DNA from: Anthoceros angustus
Lineage: Eukaryota > Plantae > Anthocerotophyta
Assembly: GCA_010909165.1 (NCBI GenBank)
Contig: MU008164.1
Span: forward strand, 1,364,001-1,428,000
Reading direction: 5' to 3'
DNA length: 64,000 nucleotides
Part shown: piece by piece, positions 23,526-35,786 of the stretch
Position numbering within the stretch: position 1 is the stretch's first letter
How the letters are laid out: each line of letters opens with the position of its first letter
The notes under the pieces: model-generated
What the model saw: the letters and a program-made list of their open reading frames with translations, nothing else
Databases searched by the model: none
Told to the model about the DNA's origin: nothing
Made by a program: the position numbers and the translations under genes

Positions 23526-24453
23526 GTTGGACCACTGTTCCTCGATTTATATCTGTCATTTTCCCCCCACCCCACTGGTTAGGTTGAAGAATTGTAAATA
23601 CATATGTACTTCCGGGCCTCAACTCTAGTTCGCGCCGATGCCGTCCTTCCACGTCCCTGAAAGAGAACCGACAAGAGGAAGGGCCTTCGGGCGGGCATCA
23701 AGAGTTACTTGGCAGTAGGATTGCCAAAACTGTACAGCATTAAACGAAGGGGCTTGTGGTCGCGCCAATCTCCACAATTGCGTCATACGCACACGCCCCG
23801 AGACTCCGGGGAATCTGGATTCGGTGCGGGGAATGTAACAACCACCACTAATTGTTTTGTCTTCATGATCATCAACCTATGTACACGTACATACCAAGCC
23901 GGACCCAGCGGAAGTTGGAATGTGCTGAATGCACAATCACAGTTGAAGGTATGTTCTCCCTCGCTCCGTCGCACCGGAAGACTCGCAGGAGCGCAATGGC
24001 GTGAGCATCTCATCACGCGCAGACACATTGAATACCTGAAGAAAATCAATCCTAGCTACCGGGATAGGAAGGCAAAGGGCCGGACGGAAAATCCATGGGA
24101 CGGAGCGGACTCGCATGCGTGAGCCCAAAGCGGGACGCTTCTTCGCTGTTTCAGGCTTACCCTGCGTCCTAATCCTGTATCATTCGGTTCTTTAATTAAA
24201 AAAGAAGAAGACTTTATTAGAAAAAAAGATGGAAAATCCCCTAAAACAAAGGGGAAAAACCCAACAAAACGCACCATGCCATCCGGTTCTTTACCGTGTG
24301 ATTTTAGTGGGCATCCTTGCCCGTGGGCATCCTTGCCCCCTCCACAATACTGACCCACTGTACATGTGAACTCTATTGCTGAACTAAGGTGACAAGGCGG
24401 GGCTGCTCAATTCGGCTGCTGACATACACGAGAGTCAGTTACCGTGTTACCGT

Positions 24454-24523
24454 TACTATTTGAAGGGAGACTAACAGGAGGAAAATGTTACTATTTGAAG
24501 GGAGACTAACAGGAGGAAAATGC
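24454..24523. repeat. 35-bp direct tandem duplication
   Basis: tactatttgaagggagactaacaggaggaaaatg occurs twice in tandem. Confidence 0.8.
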
Positions 24524-24767
24524 TTGAAGTTGGAATGCAAGGTCGTTGAACTACGGGGTTCTCTTTGTAGAATAGTTATTGCATAATAAATTTTATTTTT
24601 ATTTATATCTATAAAAAAAGATATGAAGTTTGCATGCAAAACCTTGAAGCATCCCATCTTTAACCCTAGTGAGAAGCGCTTAACTACGAGTTTCTCTCTC
24701 TGAGATGGTTATCCGGTAGTTACATCCACTAAAAATCATCAAAATATCACCGGCACTTTTTTTCGTA

Positions 24768-24838
24768 TGTCATAGACGGGTTTCCTCTTGTTAAGAATCC
24801 CCCAAGTTTACGGCTTCGACCAACTCGGCCATCCTAAC
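24768..24838 (-). pseudogene. tRNA-Leu-like relic followed by an A7 tract
   Basis: Minus strand GTTAGGATGGCCGAGTTGGTCGAAGCCG resembles the plant tRNA-Leu 5' half; ends in TGACA; T-arm decayed; 71 nt, too short for tRNA-Leu. Confidence 0.4.
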
Positions 24839-25404
24839 ACATGATGAAAGTCGCAGTACTTCTAGCTTGAAATTTCACTGGACTTGGAAGAATCCAGCGT
24901 GATGAATTCTGGGAAGGGAAGGCAAAACCAGCGTGGGGCTTGACTTAGGGGACGCGGAATACTAGAGAGACGGACTCACAGACAGCAAGAATGAAGCACT
25001 TGGAAGCATAAAGGGCTTTGCCATACACGCAGAGGGAATGACAATTCTACCTACGCAGCATTCCACTACCTTGTAGTTCTTGCGCTTCCTTGGCAGCCCG
25101 CATGTCGGGCGGCAACATCCCTTTTATAAGTTTTGTCATTGTTGCTGGTAGAAAAGCACTAGTGTGAGAGAGATTGTGGAACCCCGACAGCGTTCGCACA
25201 CGTTGAACTTACCTCTGGGACGGGACACCTCCTCCTTGAGCTTTCCGGCGGCAGTCTCCGTTGTCGCCATGTTTCTCGACAAACAGTCCTCACCAGCACG
25301 GCAGGGAGCAGGTCCAGTAGTTGTTATTTTCTTCTACGATGTTTCCAGCGGGTATGCTCTGCTAGCGTCATGGATATGGGATCAGGGTATGATCTTGCCA
25401 GTGA

Positions 25405-28400
25405 ATGGCTGCCTGGCGCGTTGCACTCCTTTCACAAAGGACGACCCTGCCGAGAGGGCGTCTGGCTGGGCTCGGTGGGCTCCAGTGTTTTGTGGGCGAT
25501 ACACCGTTGTGCGATACCAGGCAATATAAGGAGAGCTCCTGTGGCCCTGAAAAGTTGTGCAAGCAGACGCAGATGGGTCATCGAGCTCCAATATCCAACT
25601 GGAGCATGCCGGATGATGGTGACCCTCGCAGGTCCAGGCCTGCAGGATACGAAACTGTGGTGACTTGTGAAACCGTGAGCCAACTGTGTCGGGAGGGGCA
25701 GCTTGCTGAGGCTGTTGAGGCTCTGGGAGTTCTGGTGCTGGCTGGATGTCGTGTTTCACAATCTGCCTTTCATACTGTGCTGAAAAGTTGTTTGGTGCAA
25801 AAGGATTTGGTTCTGGGTCGCCGTGCCCATGCTCTCACTGTGGAAAAGGGTTATGAGGTGGACACTTTCTTGTGCAACCAGGTCATGCGGATGTATGCTT
25901 CTCATGCCAGGTTGCAGGAGGCCATGGATGCATTTACGTTGGTGGCCGAACCAGATGCCTTCATGTGGTCTTCTATAATCTCTGCATATGTGAGCCATGG
26001 GCAAGCTAAGCAGGCCATAGAATTATATCACCGAATGCGCAGGTCAAGCGTGAAGCCAGATGGGCATGTGTTTGTGGCTGCCCTTCAGGCTTGTGCCAGG
26101 GGAGGGGACTTGAAGGCAGGGCAGCAAGTGCACGCTGATGTTTTGGCCAGCGGCGTTGAGCCTCATTTGTTTGTTTGGAATTGCTTGGTGGACATGTATG
26201 CCAAGTGTGGCAGCTTGGAAGACGCTCGAAGAGTGTTCGATGGACTTGGTGAGAAAGATGTGGTGACGTGGAATGCCATGATAGCAGGGTATTCCCAGCA
26301 GGGGATGGGTCATGAAGCCCTTCGTCTTTACAGTGCTATGCAAGAAGCAGGCATTGCTGTGCGTACTTCTGTGACATTTATCTGCCTCCTCCAGGCATGT
26401 GGAAGTGTGGGTACCCTGGCATTGGAGAATGGGAAGCAGCTTCATGCAGAAATCAAAGAACGAGGTGTTCTGACAGATGTGTTTGTAGCCAACAGCTTGG
26501 TAGACATGTATGCAAAGTGTGGCAGCTTGGCAGACGCCCGAAGGGTGTTTGATGGGCTCGGTATAAAAGATGTGGTGACGTGGAATGCCATGATTTCAGG
26601 ATATTCCCAGCAGGGAATGGGCCAGGAAGCTCTTTGTACTTACGGGGCTATGCAAGACGAGGGCAGTGCTGCACCTGATTCTGTAACGTTTGCGTGCGCC
26701 CTGCAAGCTTGTGCAAGTCTGGGTACCTCGGCTCTGGAAAAGGGGAAGGACCTTCATGCTCAAGTTAGGGAACGAGGGCTTCAGGCTGATGTGTTTGTAG
26801 CCAGTAGTTTAGTAAACATGTATGCAAAGTGTGGCAGCTTGCAGGATGCTCAGGGTGTTTTTTACTTGTTTGGTCAGAAGAATGCAGTGGCACAAAATGC
26901 CATGATAGCGGGGTATGCCCAGCAGGGAATGGGTCAGGAGGCTCTTCATCTTCACAGTGCGATGCAAGACGAAGGCATCCCTTTACCCGATGCTTCTACA
27001 TTTGTGTCTCTCCTGCAGGCATGTGCAACTGTAGGCACCCCAGCTCTGGAAAAGGGGAGACAGCTCCATGCACAAATCGTAAAACGTGGACTTCAAATTG
27101 ATGTTGTTTTAGGCTGCAGCCTAGTTAACATGTATGCCAAGTGTGGCAGTTTGGAGGATGCTGAAAGAGTGTTTGATGGACTTGGTGAAAAGAACGTGGT
27201 CACGTGGAATGCTATAATTGCAGGATATGCAAAAGGTGGCATGTTAGAAGACGCTCAAAGAACGTTCGTCAAGCTTCCTAAGAAGGACGTGGTGACATGG
27301 AATGCCATGATTGCAGGCTACTCGCAGCAAGGCATGGGCCATGAAGCTCTTCTTCTTTACAAAGCTATGCAAGAAGAGGGTGTTGTTGAACCCGATTCTG
27401 TGACATTTCTTAGCGCCCTCCAGGCATGTGCAAGTGTGGGCACCCCCGCTTTGGAGATGGGAAAGCAGCTTCACTCACAGATTGGGGACCAAGGGCTTGT
27501 GCCCGATGTTCTTGTAGCCAACAGTTTGGTGAACATGTATGCAAAGTGTGGCAGCTTGGAAGAAGCTCGAGCCGTGTTTGACGGGCTTCTCCAAAAAGAT
27601 GTGGTGACATGGACGGCTCTAATTTCCGGATATTCACAGCATGGCATGGGTCAGGAAGCCATTCATCTCTACAGTGCTATGCAAGAAGAAGGCATTGTTG
27701 CACTCAATCCTGTGACATTTGCTTGCCTCCTGCAGGCATGTGCAAATGTGGCAGCTTTGTGTGTCGGAATGCAGCTTCATGCAGAGATCAAAGAACACGG
27801 GCTTCAAGCTGACGTGCTTGTAGCCTGCAGTTTGATAAATATGTATGGGAAGTGCGGGAGCATGACAAATGCACAGCTGGTGTTTGAGGCATTGCCCAAA
27901 CGAGACGAAGTTGCATGGAACGCACTGATAGCAGGCTATGCCTGTCAAGGAGACAGTGACGTTGTCTTTGACCTGCTCCAGAGAATGAGAGAGGATGGCA
28001 TACAGCCAGCAGGCATCACGTTCCTCAGTGTGCTCACAGCATGCAGTCATGCCGGTCTAGTGAACCAGGGGCGGGAGTACTTTGCAACCATGAGCAAACA
28101 CTACGACATCACTCCCGAGGTGGAGCACTACACATGCATGGTGGATCTCCTCGGCCGGGCAGGCCGTGTAGACGAGTCACTAGCATTGGTAAGGACAATG
28201 CCTGTACACCCAAGTGCTGCCCTTTGGCACAGTCTATTGGGTGCTTGTCGAAAGTGGAGCAACGTGACGGTGGGACTGTATGCTTTCCACGAAGCAGTGA
28301 AGCTAGACCAGAGAGACACAGCGGCATATGTGTTGATGTCAAACATATACACCAGCGCCCACATGTGGGAGCAGGCACAGGAGATGCATGCAAGGAGGAA

Positions 28401-28614
28401 GGCAATCGGAGCATGGAAGCAGCCGGGCCAGAGCTGGTGGACAGACATGGACGGTGTGGTGCATAGCTTCCTGGTAGGGGATAAGAAGCATCCCGAAGGT
28501 GATGTCATATATGAAAGGCTAAAAGATCTCTTCCTCAAATTGAAGGAACAAGGGTATGTGCCACACCTGGACTCCTCGCATGTGGAATCTGGCTATCGCA
28601 TCTGCCTTGAATAA
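25405..28614 (+). CDS. Intronless PLS-class PPR protein (1069 aa) with E1-E2 and a truncated DYW:WW domain; organellar RNA-editing factor family
   Basis: Serial P-L-S motifs (DVVTWNAMIAGY / VTFxxxLQAC / VANSLVxMYAKCGSL), HYTCMVDLLGRAG, AYVLMSNIY, WKQPGQSWW...HSFLVGD; the ORF ends before HxE/CxxC. Confidence 0.95.
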   Translation: MAAWRVALLSQRTTLPRGRLAGLGGLQCFVGDTPLCDTRQYKESSCGPEKLCKQTQMGHRAPISNWSMPDDGDPRRSRPAGYETVVTCETVSQLCREGQLAEAVEALGVLVLAGCRVSQSAFHTVLKSCLVQKDLVLGRRAHALTVEKGYEVDTFLCNQVMRMYASHARLQEAMDAFTLVAEPDAFMWSSIISAYVSHGQAKQAIELYHRMRRSSVKPDGHVFVAALQACARGGDLKAGQQVHADVLASGVEPHLFVWNCLVDMYAKCGSLEDARRVFDGLGEKDVVTWNAMIAGYSQQGMGHEALRLYSAMQEAGIAVRTSVTFICLLQACGSVGTLALENGKQLHAEIKERGVLTDVFVANSLVDMYAKCGSLADARRVFDGLGIKDVVTWNAMISGYSQQGMGQEALCTYGAMQDEGSAAPDSVTFACALQACASLGTSALEKGKDLHAQVRERGLQADVFVASSLVNMYAKCGSLQDAQGVFYLFGQKNAVAQNAMIAGYAQQGMGQEALHLHSAMQDEGIPLPDASTFVSLLQACATVGTPALEKGRQLHAQIVKRGLQIDVVLGCSLVNMYAKCGSLEDAERVFDGLGEKNVVTWNAIIAGYAKGGMLEDAQRTFVKLPKKDVVTWNAMIAGYSQQGMGHEALLLYKAMQEEGVVEPDSVTFLSALQACASVGTPALEMGKQLHSQIGDQGLVPDVLVANSLVNMYAKCGSLEEARAVFDGLLQKDVVTWTALISGYSQHGMGQEAIHLYSAMQEEGIVALNPVTFACLLQACANVAALCVGMQLHAEIKEHGLQADVLVACSLINMYGKCGSMTNAQLVFEALPKRDEVAWNALIAGYACQGDSDVVFDLLQRMREDGIQPAGITFLSVLTACSHAGLVNQGREYFATMSKHYDITPEVEHYTCMVDLLGRAGRVDESLALVRTMPVHPSAALWHSLLGACRKWSNVTVGLYAFHEAVKLDQRDTAAYVLMSNIYTSAHMWEQAQEMHARRKAIGAWKQPGQSWWTDMDGVVHSFLVGDKKHPEGDVIYERLKDLFLKLKEQGYVPHLDSSHVESGYRICLE

Positions 28615-29340
28615 GACGCCCACTCCCCCCACTATCCTTCAAGCCGAATTGCACATTCTGCCGTGTCTTTGCAAAGTACATCCAAATTTCCAATGCCCAT
28701 TCTTTTGCTATTCAGGGCAGATGAGATATGTACTGCAAACACTTCTACCACAGCCCAATTTACTAAAGTTACAACGAGCCATTCAAGGCCGATCAGTGTC
28801 ACAGACTGGCCTACAAGTAGCTCGCGGGAGGAGGTGCTGTCAGGCCTGCTACACATCATCCACTAGTACGGACTCCTCCAGGTTGTGAACATGTGAGAGA
28901 AATTATGATGTAGGAATTGGAGCCGGGCATGAGGGAATCTCACTGCACGAGATCCGGATAAGCCTGTGCAATGTGGACATTGTAAAGCAGCCGCACCGAG
29001 AATAGAAAGCTCGAAACAGCAAGTGCAGAAGCGCGTTGACATGCTCCAGCCTGGTGCAAGATGGAATGCCCTTCAATAATTCGGATATGATTCAATAATG
29101 GAGTCAGCCGATGCATCACTACCCATATGACAGTGAAGGCCACATCCTGTAGGGAGCCAACCATTCATCGCTGTCCCAGTGTTGGCTCGCCTCGAGCTCG
29201 AGGCCTTCAAATCTCAGCCCACCGGCCTCTCATCCGTCATGTACAAGTGCCTTTGCTGCCTGCCCTTCTTCCAATCCCGCACCTTCTCTCCTCCCAACTT
29301 CCTCCGGCAACCCCTCCTCCTCCGCACCCGAGAAGCTCAC

Positions 29341-30835
29341 ATGGATCACGGCGAATGCGGCCCTGACGGCCACCACGACCACCACCACGATCACCACCCC
29401 GACCACCACCACCACCCCGACCACATCCACGGAGGCCCTCCCGAGTGCGCTGAGCCCGAGCCCGAGCCCGTGCCCGCCGCGCCTGAAGGCAGCCGGGAAG
29501 TGGACGCCAATGCCGCCCTCAAGGCCCTAGCCGGGGAAGCGGAAGGATTCGGGCGAGACGCGCGAGGTGGCGCGGATGGTTGTGTCTACGTCGTCACTTC
29601 TCTGGAAGGTGCGTCTCGCTCGAACCAAGAAGTCGTGAAACGTTGGAGTTTGAGACGTGGGAAGTTGGTGCGACCGAGGTGGTGGTTGGTGAATGCGGGA
29701 CAATGAACACTGAATGAAAGCACGGCTCGCACACTGAATGATGATTGCAGATGACGAGAGCTGCGAAGGCACGTTGCGGCACGGATGCGCCAAGGAGGAG
29801 CCGCTGTGGATCGTGTTCGGAGTGTCGGGCACCATCTGCCTCTCGTGCCCGCTCCCCGTGTCGTCGCACAAGACGATCGACGGGCGGGGGCAGAAGGTGA
29901 CCATCTCCGGCCACGGCGGGCTCAAGCTCAAGGAAGTAGAGCACGTCATCATCTGCAACCTCAACTTCGAGTGCGGGAGCGGGAGCGACGCGGACGCCAT
30001 CCAGATCAAGCCCTGTTCCAAGCACATCTGGGTGGATCGGTGCACCCTGACCGACTACGCCGACGGCTTGATCGACATCACGCGCGCCTCCACCGACATC
30101 ACCGTCTCCAGGTGAGGGAGCTGTCTTTGTGATGGATGCGGCATTAGGTCTGCGGGAGTGCGGGCGGGATGGGGATTTTACCAGCTGTGTAATCGGCTGG
30201 CCGCGTCTTGTAGATGCCGGTTGCTCAATCACGACAAGGCTTTCTTGATCGGAGCCGATCCCTGTCACGTGGATGATCGGTGCATCAGAGTGACGATTCA
30301 CCACTGCTTTTTCGATTGCAACAAGCAGTATCAACCTCGCGTGAGGTTCGGAAAGATTCATCTCTACAACAACTACACTCGGAATTGGGGATCCTACGCC
30401 ATCTGTGCTGGTGTCGAGTCCCAGGTAGGGGGATCGAAAGAGGCCTTTCTCGTTCGTGCTCTGTAGGAAGGAATTTGCACTATGGCAGAAACCCGATGGC
30501 TCATGAGTGACTTTGAAATTGCCTGTGCATGCGACGAGCAGATCTTTTCACAGTCGTGCATATACGAAGCTGGCGAAAAGAACAAGAAGAAGGCGTTCAA
30601 GTACGATTGTGAGAAGGCCGGTGACCGGGAGGTGGAGGAGGCTGGCAGCCTTCGTTCGGAAGGAGATGTTTTCTTGAATGGTGGAGCAGGGGATGTGCAA
30701 GGTGCTGAATGTGTTTTCGATCCTAAGGAATACTACTCGCACTGGACTCTGGAGTGTGCTGATGATGCCTTGGCCGCAAGTGTGTGTGCAAATGCAGGAT
30801 GGCAAGATGTGTGTCTGCCACCGTATGCCATCTAG
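29341..30835 (+). CDS. Pectate lyase-like protein (PL1, subgroup without signal peptide), 4 exons, His-rich N-terminus
   Basis: ALAGEAEGFGRDARGG, VVTSLEDD, EPLWIVF, HKTIDGRGQ, DAIQIKP, HIWVDRC, DGLIDITRASTDITVS, PRVRFGKIHLYNNY; TAG at 30833-30835; an upstream in-frame ATG exists at 29239. Confidence 0.9.
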
Positions 30836-31429
30836 GGTGATACTGTGCAGCCTATTTTTCGACATCTCGTCGACTCACATTTTTTCAGTACCTAATCTTT
30901 TCATCGAATTAGGTCCCTGACGTTGGGGACCGAGCCAAGTTCATAAGTTCACGCGGTAGCTTGTGAGTGGGCTATGGTGCAAAATATGAGAGAACTTTTG
31001 ATGGAGCTTGGAGGCTATGAGGGTGTTGGTCTCCCGGTTGTGATATGGGCATGGGCTCGGGATTTATTGGCTCCATCGGAGCTCGGGATTTATTGGCTCC
31101 TTCGGAGCGGGCGTTTTCTTGCGGTTTCGTGGTGCAGAGATTAATGTTCGGCTGTATCGGGTTCTGTTTGTGTGGCCGGAACACTTTTTCACCGGAAAGA
31201 CTTGTGTGGCCTGTGGCCGGAAATACTTGCGTAGCGTATGGCCTGAAGATTTTTTCACGGAAAAATTTGCGCGGTCTGAAGACTTTTTCACCACAAAGAG
31301 GCACTCGATAATTATTTTAGAAACTATGAGAATATTTCATTTTAAATTTTTATATCATAGATATAATGTTTATAAAATAAAATTATCATCATCTATGTAA
31401 AAGTGCGAACAAAATGAAAAATAGTCTGA

Positions 31430-32180
31430 AACTTGTTGCGTATCCGGTCTGCAATCTTGTTCTATATTTAACTCTATATTTAACATTGAGTAAAGGAGAA
31501 ACTCATTGAAGATTTGGGCAATTCAGTGCTCTACTTATTTAGTTGTTCCACTCATAATCTATGTAAGGACATTTTCCAAATAAAATTTCAAATAGAATGA
31601 TTCATGTGCTCCAAATAAGTAATCTATATAACGACGTTTTGTAAGTTAAAAGTTCATGTAGAATGATTCATATGCTCCAAATATCAGTTTTTGAAGTATA
31701 GCTTGTGTTAACATTACCTTCCGCATCCAATATAGCTTATGTTAACATTTAACATTACCTTCTGCATCCAATATAGCTTGTGTTAACATCATCTTCTGCA
31801 TCCAATAGCTATGTAACAATGTAACGTTGGGTTCCTACAACTCCCCTGTGTTGTAATTCTGATCCATTTTGAAAACATGGAACAGACCAAAGTCTGCTGT
31901 TGTAATTTTGTGATTGTATAACTTTGTATAATAATTTCATCTAGGATTTAAGGTTTATTTAATTAATTAAAATGATGTTCTTATTTGGTTTTCTTTAAAA
32001 TTATGCAATCCACAATGAAAATGGAAATGAGAATGTTTCAAGAAAGACAAATGTAGAAGTTAACGTATATGGTGAAGGTGGTTTTCCCAAAGTCTACGAA
32101 TGCTATAACAAATATACAGGAACATGGATTTGCACATGTATGCCTTGTGATAGATTATCTTCTTGATAATAAATCTTGGC
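31430..32180. pseudogene. Older, diverged relics of the AT-rich kinase-like sequence found in the 6.8 kb array
   Basis: tccacaatgaaaatggaaatgagaatgtttcaagaaaga (~32008) recurs at ~45248 and ~56278; tagaatga.tc.tg.gctccaaata (~31595, ~31659) recurs at ~46352. Confidence 0.55.
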
Positions 32181-33834
32181 AGTGTGTGCGAGAGTGCGAT
32201 GCAGTGCGACGGCGGCATCGAGGCTGCCAAGGCCAAACACAGTTGCAAAGGCCTGCCTTGCCCTATCTCTATGGGCCTCCAAGTACGGGGCCTGGTGTGG
32301 AGGCCCGTGACTGGTGCGTCACGGGCCCTCGGCCCTTGGCTGGTGAGGCGTGGCAGCAGGGTCCGAGTGTGCTATGGCGGGCCCCGGGTGTGATCGTGAG
32401 GCTCGAGTGTGGCGGCGGCGGGCGGCTCGTTGCGGCCTCTGGGCTCTTCGAGGTGCGTAACCCTGGCCAGGTTCTGCCGGGCACGGCTTCGGGGGACGGC
32501 GAGCCCTCGGCACCTCGGGTTCTAGCGTGCCGAGGTGATGGCACGTTGTCAGGGTTGTGGGTTCATGGGTACGGCGGAGATGGATTGACGGGGCTGTGAA
32601 ATTTTTGCGGGCCCCAAGTATTTAGGGTTTCTGCAGGGAGTGGCAGGTGCGGGCGCTAGTGCGGTGGGTTGTTTGGGGTTCTGATAGGTTGCGGTCCCTC
32701 TGGGCGGGGCCTCGCCATACGGAATGCACACTTCGTATGTCTGGTAAAGGCCAAGGACGTTTTGTCCCCAGTTCTTGGTGTTTCCTTGGCCCTAACACTC
32801 TCAAGTAGGCGCATGCAGCTACTCTCTCCTTTTTCTGCCACCAGTCTTAATCAGTTCGAGTTTTTGCCATCTGTCCTTGAGCAATTGGGGTTATTGTTCC
32901 TAAGCTAGGATCCTTCCCCCCCTCCCGAGTCTGCTAATTGTTATGTGGAGAGTTTTGTGCTCTCCCCAATGGGACAGTCCACACCTTCTATGACCCTCAA
33001 AAACACTCTCTGTTCGGTCTGCGCTTAGCTTTGTTGCGGAGTCAAGGGGGTGAAAACCCACATTGGGCATATGCATAAGCCTGACTTCGATTAGACTACT
33101 TGGGTGGCCCAAGTGCGTCTTGCCACCCCTACCACCTCCATTACGCAGGTGTCCAGACATCGCTCTTCCAAGGGTGCCTCTTTCATTGTGGGAATGGTTG
33201 CAGACCCAGCTAGATCACATTCTTGGGTTGTTTGAAACCCGCTCGTCATGCCTGCGGTTCTTCCACAGGCTTGTCAAACACCTCCACGACTTAGCATTCT
33301 GTCTTCCTCAAGATCGCCTTGCCCTTGACTCTCAAGGCGAGTTGGCATGGTGTCTTCTTCTGCTTGTGGTGTTTGCGTTGTTCTAGGGGTGGGGCTTCTG
33401 GCCATTGGGAGGTTGCAAGCCGTCTTCAGCGCTTTCGGTTTGCCGATTGAGCATCTCTCCAAAAGGAGGCTTTGTGTACTTCCAAGGCTCGTACAAAATT
33501 TGCACAACGGATGGAACAAGCACCGGGAAATGCAGCAAACCTACAACACTGCAAATTGTTAAGCTAAGCGGGTGAATATGGCCGCATTGCCAAGGCTCTT
33601 CACCCCCTCCCTTTGGCCCTTGCTTCGGAGGAGACCAATATTGTGGCCCTCCGAGCCCTCCATCCAACCCCGAAGGATACCATCCCCCGGACATATATGG
33701 CTATGTCTATGAGGACCCCCTCTCCTTCGATCAGGCGGCTTTTGCTCTAGCCCTTTATGGCCCTACATCTTTCATGTGTCGGGCTGGTTAGAATGGTGTT
33801 TGAACACCTCAAAGACCTTTTTCTCCCCGAAGAC

Positions 33835-35109
33835 TGATGAGAATCATACACAAGCTCAAGCAATATGTGTTGCATTACATTCATAATAGAAAGTACATGC
33901 CTTTATGTAGGCAAGGTAGTTGCAACCAATAAGTGGTTGTAACAACTAACCAATTAAATAACTACTAAAAGAAACTACCTAGAGCCCTAAGGTAATTATT
34001 AAGTCCTAGGTGCCCTAGTGAAGAGTGCCCTAATAGTAAGCTATTTTATCACTCCCACTCACTATGAACTAGGGGTGATTTTCTGACCAAAAAGAGGTCT
34101 AGGAAAAACTAGTCTAGTAAAAACTAGTCCCTAACTAAACTTTACTTAAAGGCATAAAGTAAAACTTAAGGTAAAAACTGAAAGTAATAATCACTATTAA
34201 AATAACTCCCACTTAAGGAGAACTGAGATGAGAAACTAATAACCCAACTTCAGTAAATAGGTGGAATTAAAACTAATTAAAAGTATTTAAGCGGATTTAT
34301 ATATAGAGGAAAATCCAGAAAATACCTAATTTCCGAAAAGGAAAATCAAAAGGATAATGGATAATACCCTTCTTCCTCAAACTTCACGACGCGATCCCGA
34401 CAACTTGGTGGTTGGTACATGTGCGTGGCGATGGCGGGAGGGTGGCTACCCGCAGCGGCGCCCAATCCCGCCCACGGAGGAGGCGCCCGTGGGGCGCCAT
34501 CGCGCCCGCCCGAGCCCGCGGCCCCTCTCGCCGCGGCCCCTCTCCGCGCGCCGTAGGCCGGGCGCCTTCCGCCGCCAATCGCCCAGGGACGCCACGCGCC
34601 GGGCGCCAAACAAAAGGAGGAGGCGCCCCTACTGCTGATGCATAGTCGTGTCCGCTGGTGATGAAGAGTCTCGCCTGACGCCCTTCCCGCAGCCTTTCAA
34701 AGAAATCCGCATTTGTCATTGATCGACCTCATCCTCGGAGGATGAAGCGAACTGCCTAAGGATCCTAGGGGACTCCAGCGAAGAGGAAAAAGTCCAAGTG
34801 TAAGATTGTCTTCATTTTCGCCATGTCTTCCTGCCATGTCTTCATTTGTGAAGCAACCGGATGTGCTCACCAAAGGGGAGGAAGCGCAGCCTAGGTGATG
34901 AGGACGTGCCCCCCCCTCAATGAATGATGCTCGCAAAATGCCCACCTCGCCAAAAGTGTTTGTAGGAAAGATTGCCCATCTTATGCTTCTAAGAAGAAGC
35001 TATGACACAAGTGGATTACAAGGATGCTAACGACTTGATGGATAAGAGGTGACACTTGTGTGGGCGTTTGCGAGCGGATGGGTGGAGACGGCATGGGGAG
35101 GATATGACA
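33835..35109. mobile_element. Probable solo LTR (~1275 bp), family unassigned
   Basis: Begins TGATG and ends TGACA; interrupts a segment (33470-33834) that continues as ccttctagtgg in the array copies; no coding content; no matching TSD (aagac vs aggaa). Confidence 0.5.
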
Positions 35110-35786
35110 AGGAAGGGAAAAGAAAGGTGCAATATATTAAATAAGGGTTATCCAAGATTTTAAGCATCCTAATTTCTATATGAGTTTTAGGATCTATAAT
35201 AACCTAGCATAAATTTTCTGCGATTGATGCTGTAAACACATTTTGTTTCCCTAAGTGTATTAAAGACAAAAACATGGGCTATTATAAGGAATTCTACCAA
35301 AAGGTGACCGGAAAATAAAGTATACATACTCACCTTAGGTTTAAGTGAAAAGGAGATGTCCGGACTCCTATATATGTGAGGAAACTACCATCCACATGAT
35401 AAAAATAGCAAGTCTCCCATGTGAGGAATTTCCAGGACATATCAAACATATTTTCCGTAGGTGCCTTTGGTGCTAAGGGAATTTATTGTTTTAATCACAT
35501 AAATACTGCTTAAATATTATTTTTATTTTTAATATAAATATTCCAGGTTCTATGTTGGCCGTCTATGAAGAGGAAGGCGGATGACCTAAGCTATTTTGAG
35601 ATAGAAGAAGAAAAATGTTCAGAAAAATAGTAAGACAATAATTTTTGGGCTAAGATTTTAAGGTTATCTTAAATCGGCCCTAAGGCTAGGGTGAGTATTA
35701 GGTTAAAGGTTTGGACAGTGTCCATTATACCCAAACATTTCATGTGTTTCCTATGTAACTCAATTCCCAATGACTTTGTTAATAAA

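Noticed and set aside
23600-24130. Possible small spliced gene on the minus strand
   Set aside because: Splice-like sites exist, but no assembled frame gave a recognisable or well-supported protein.
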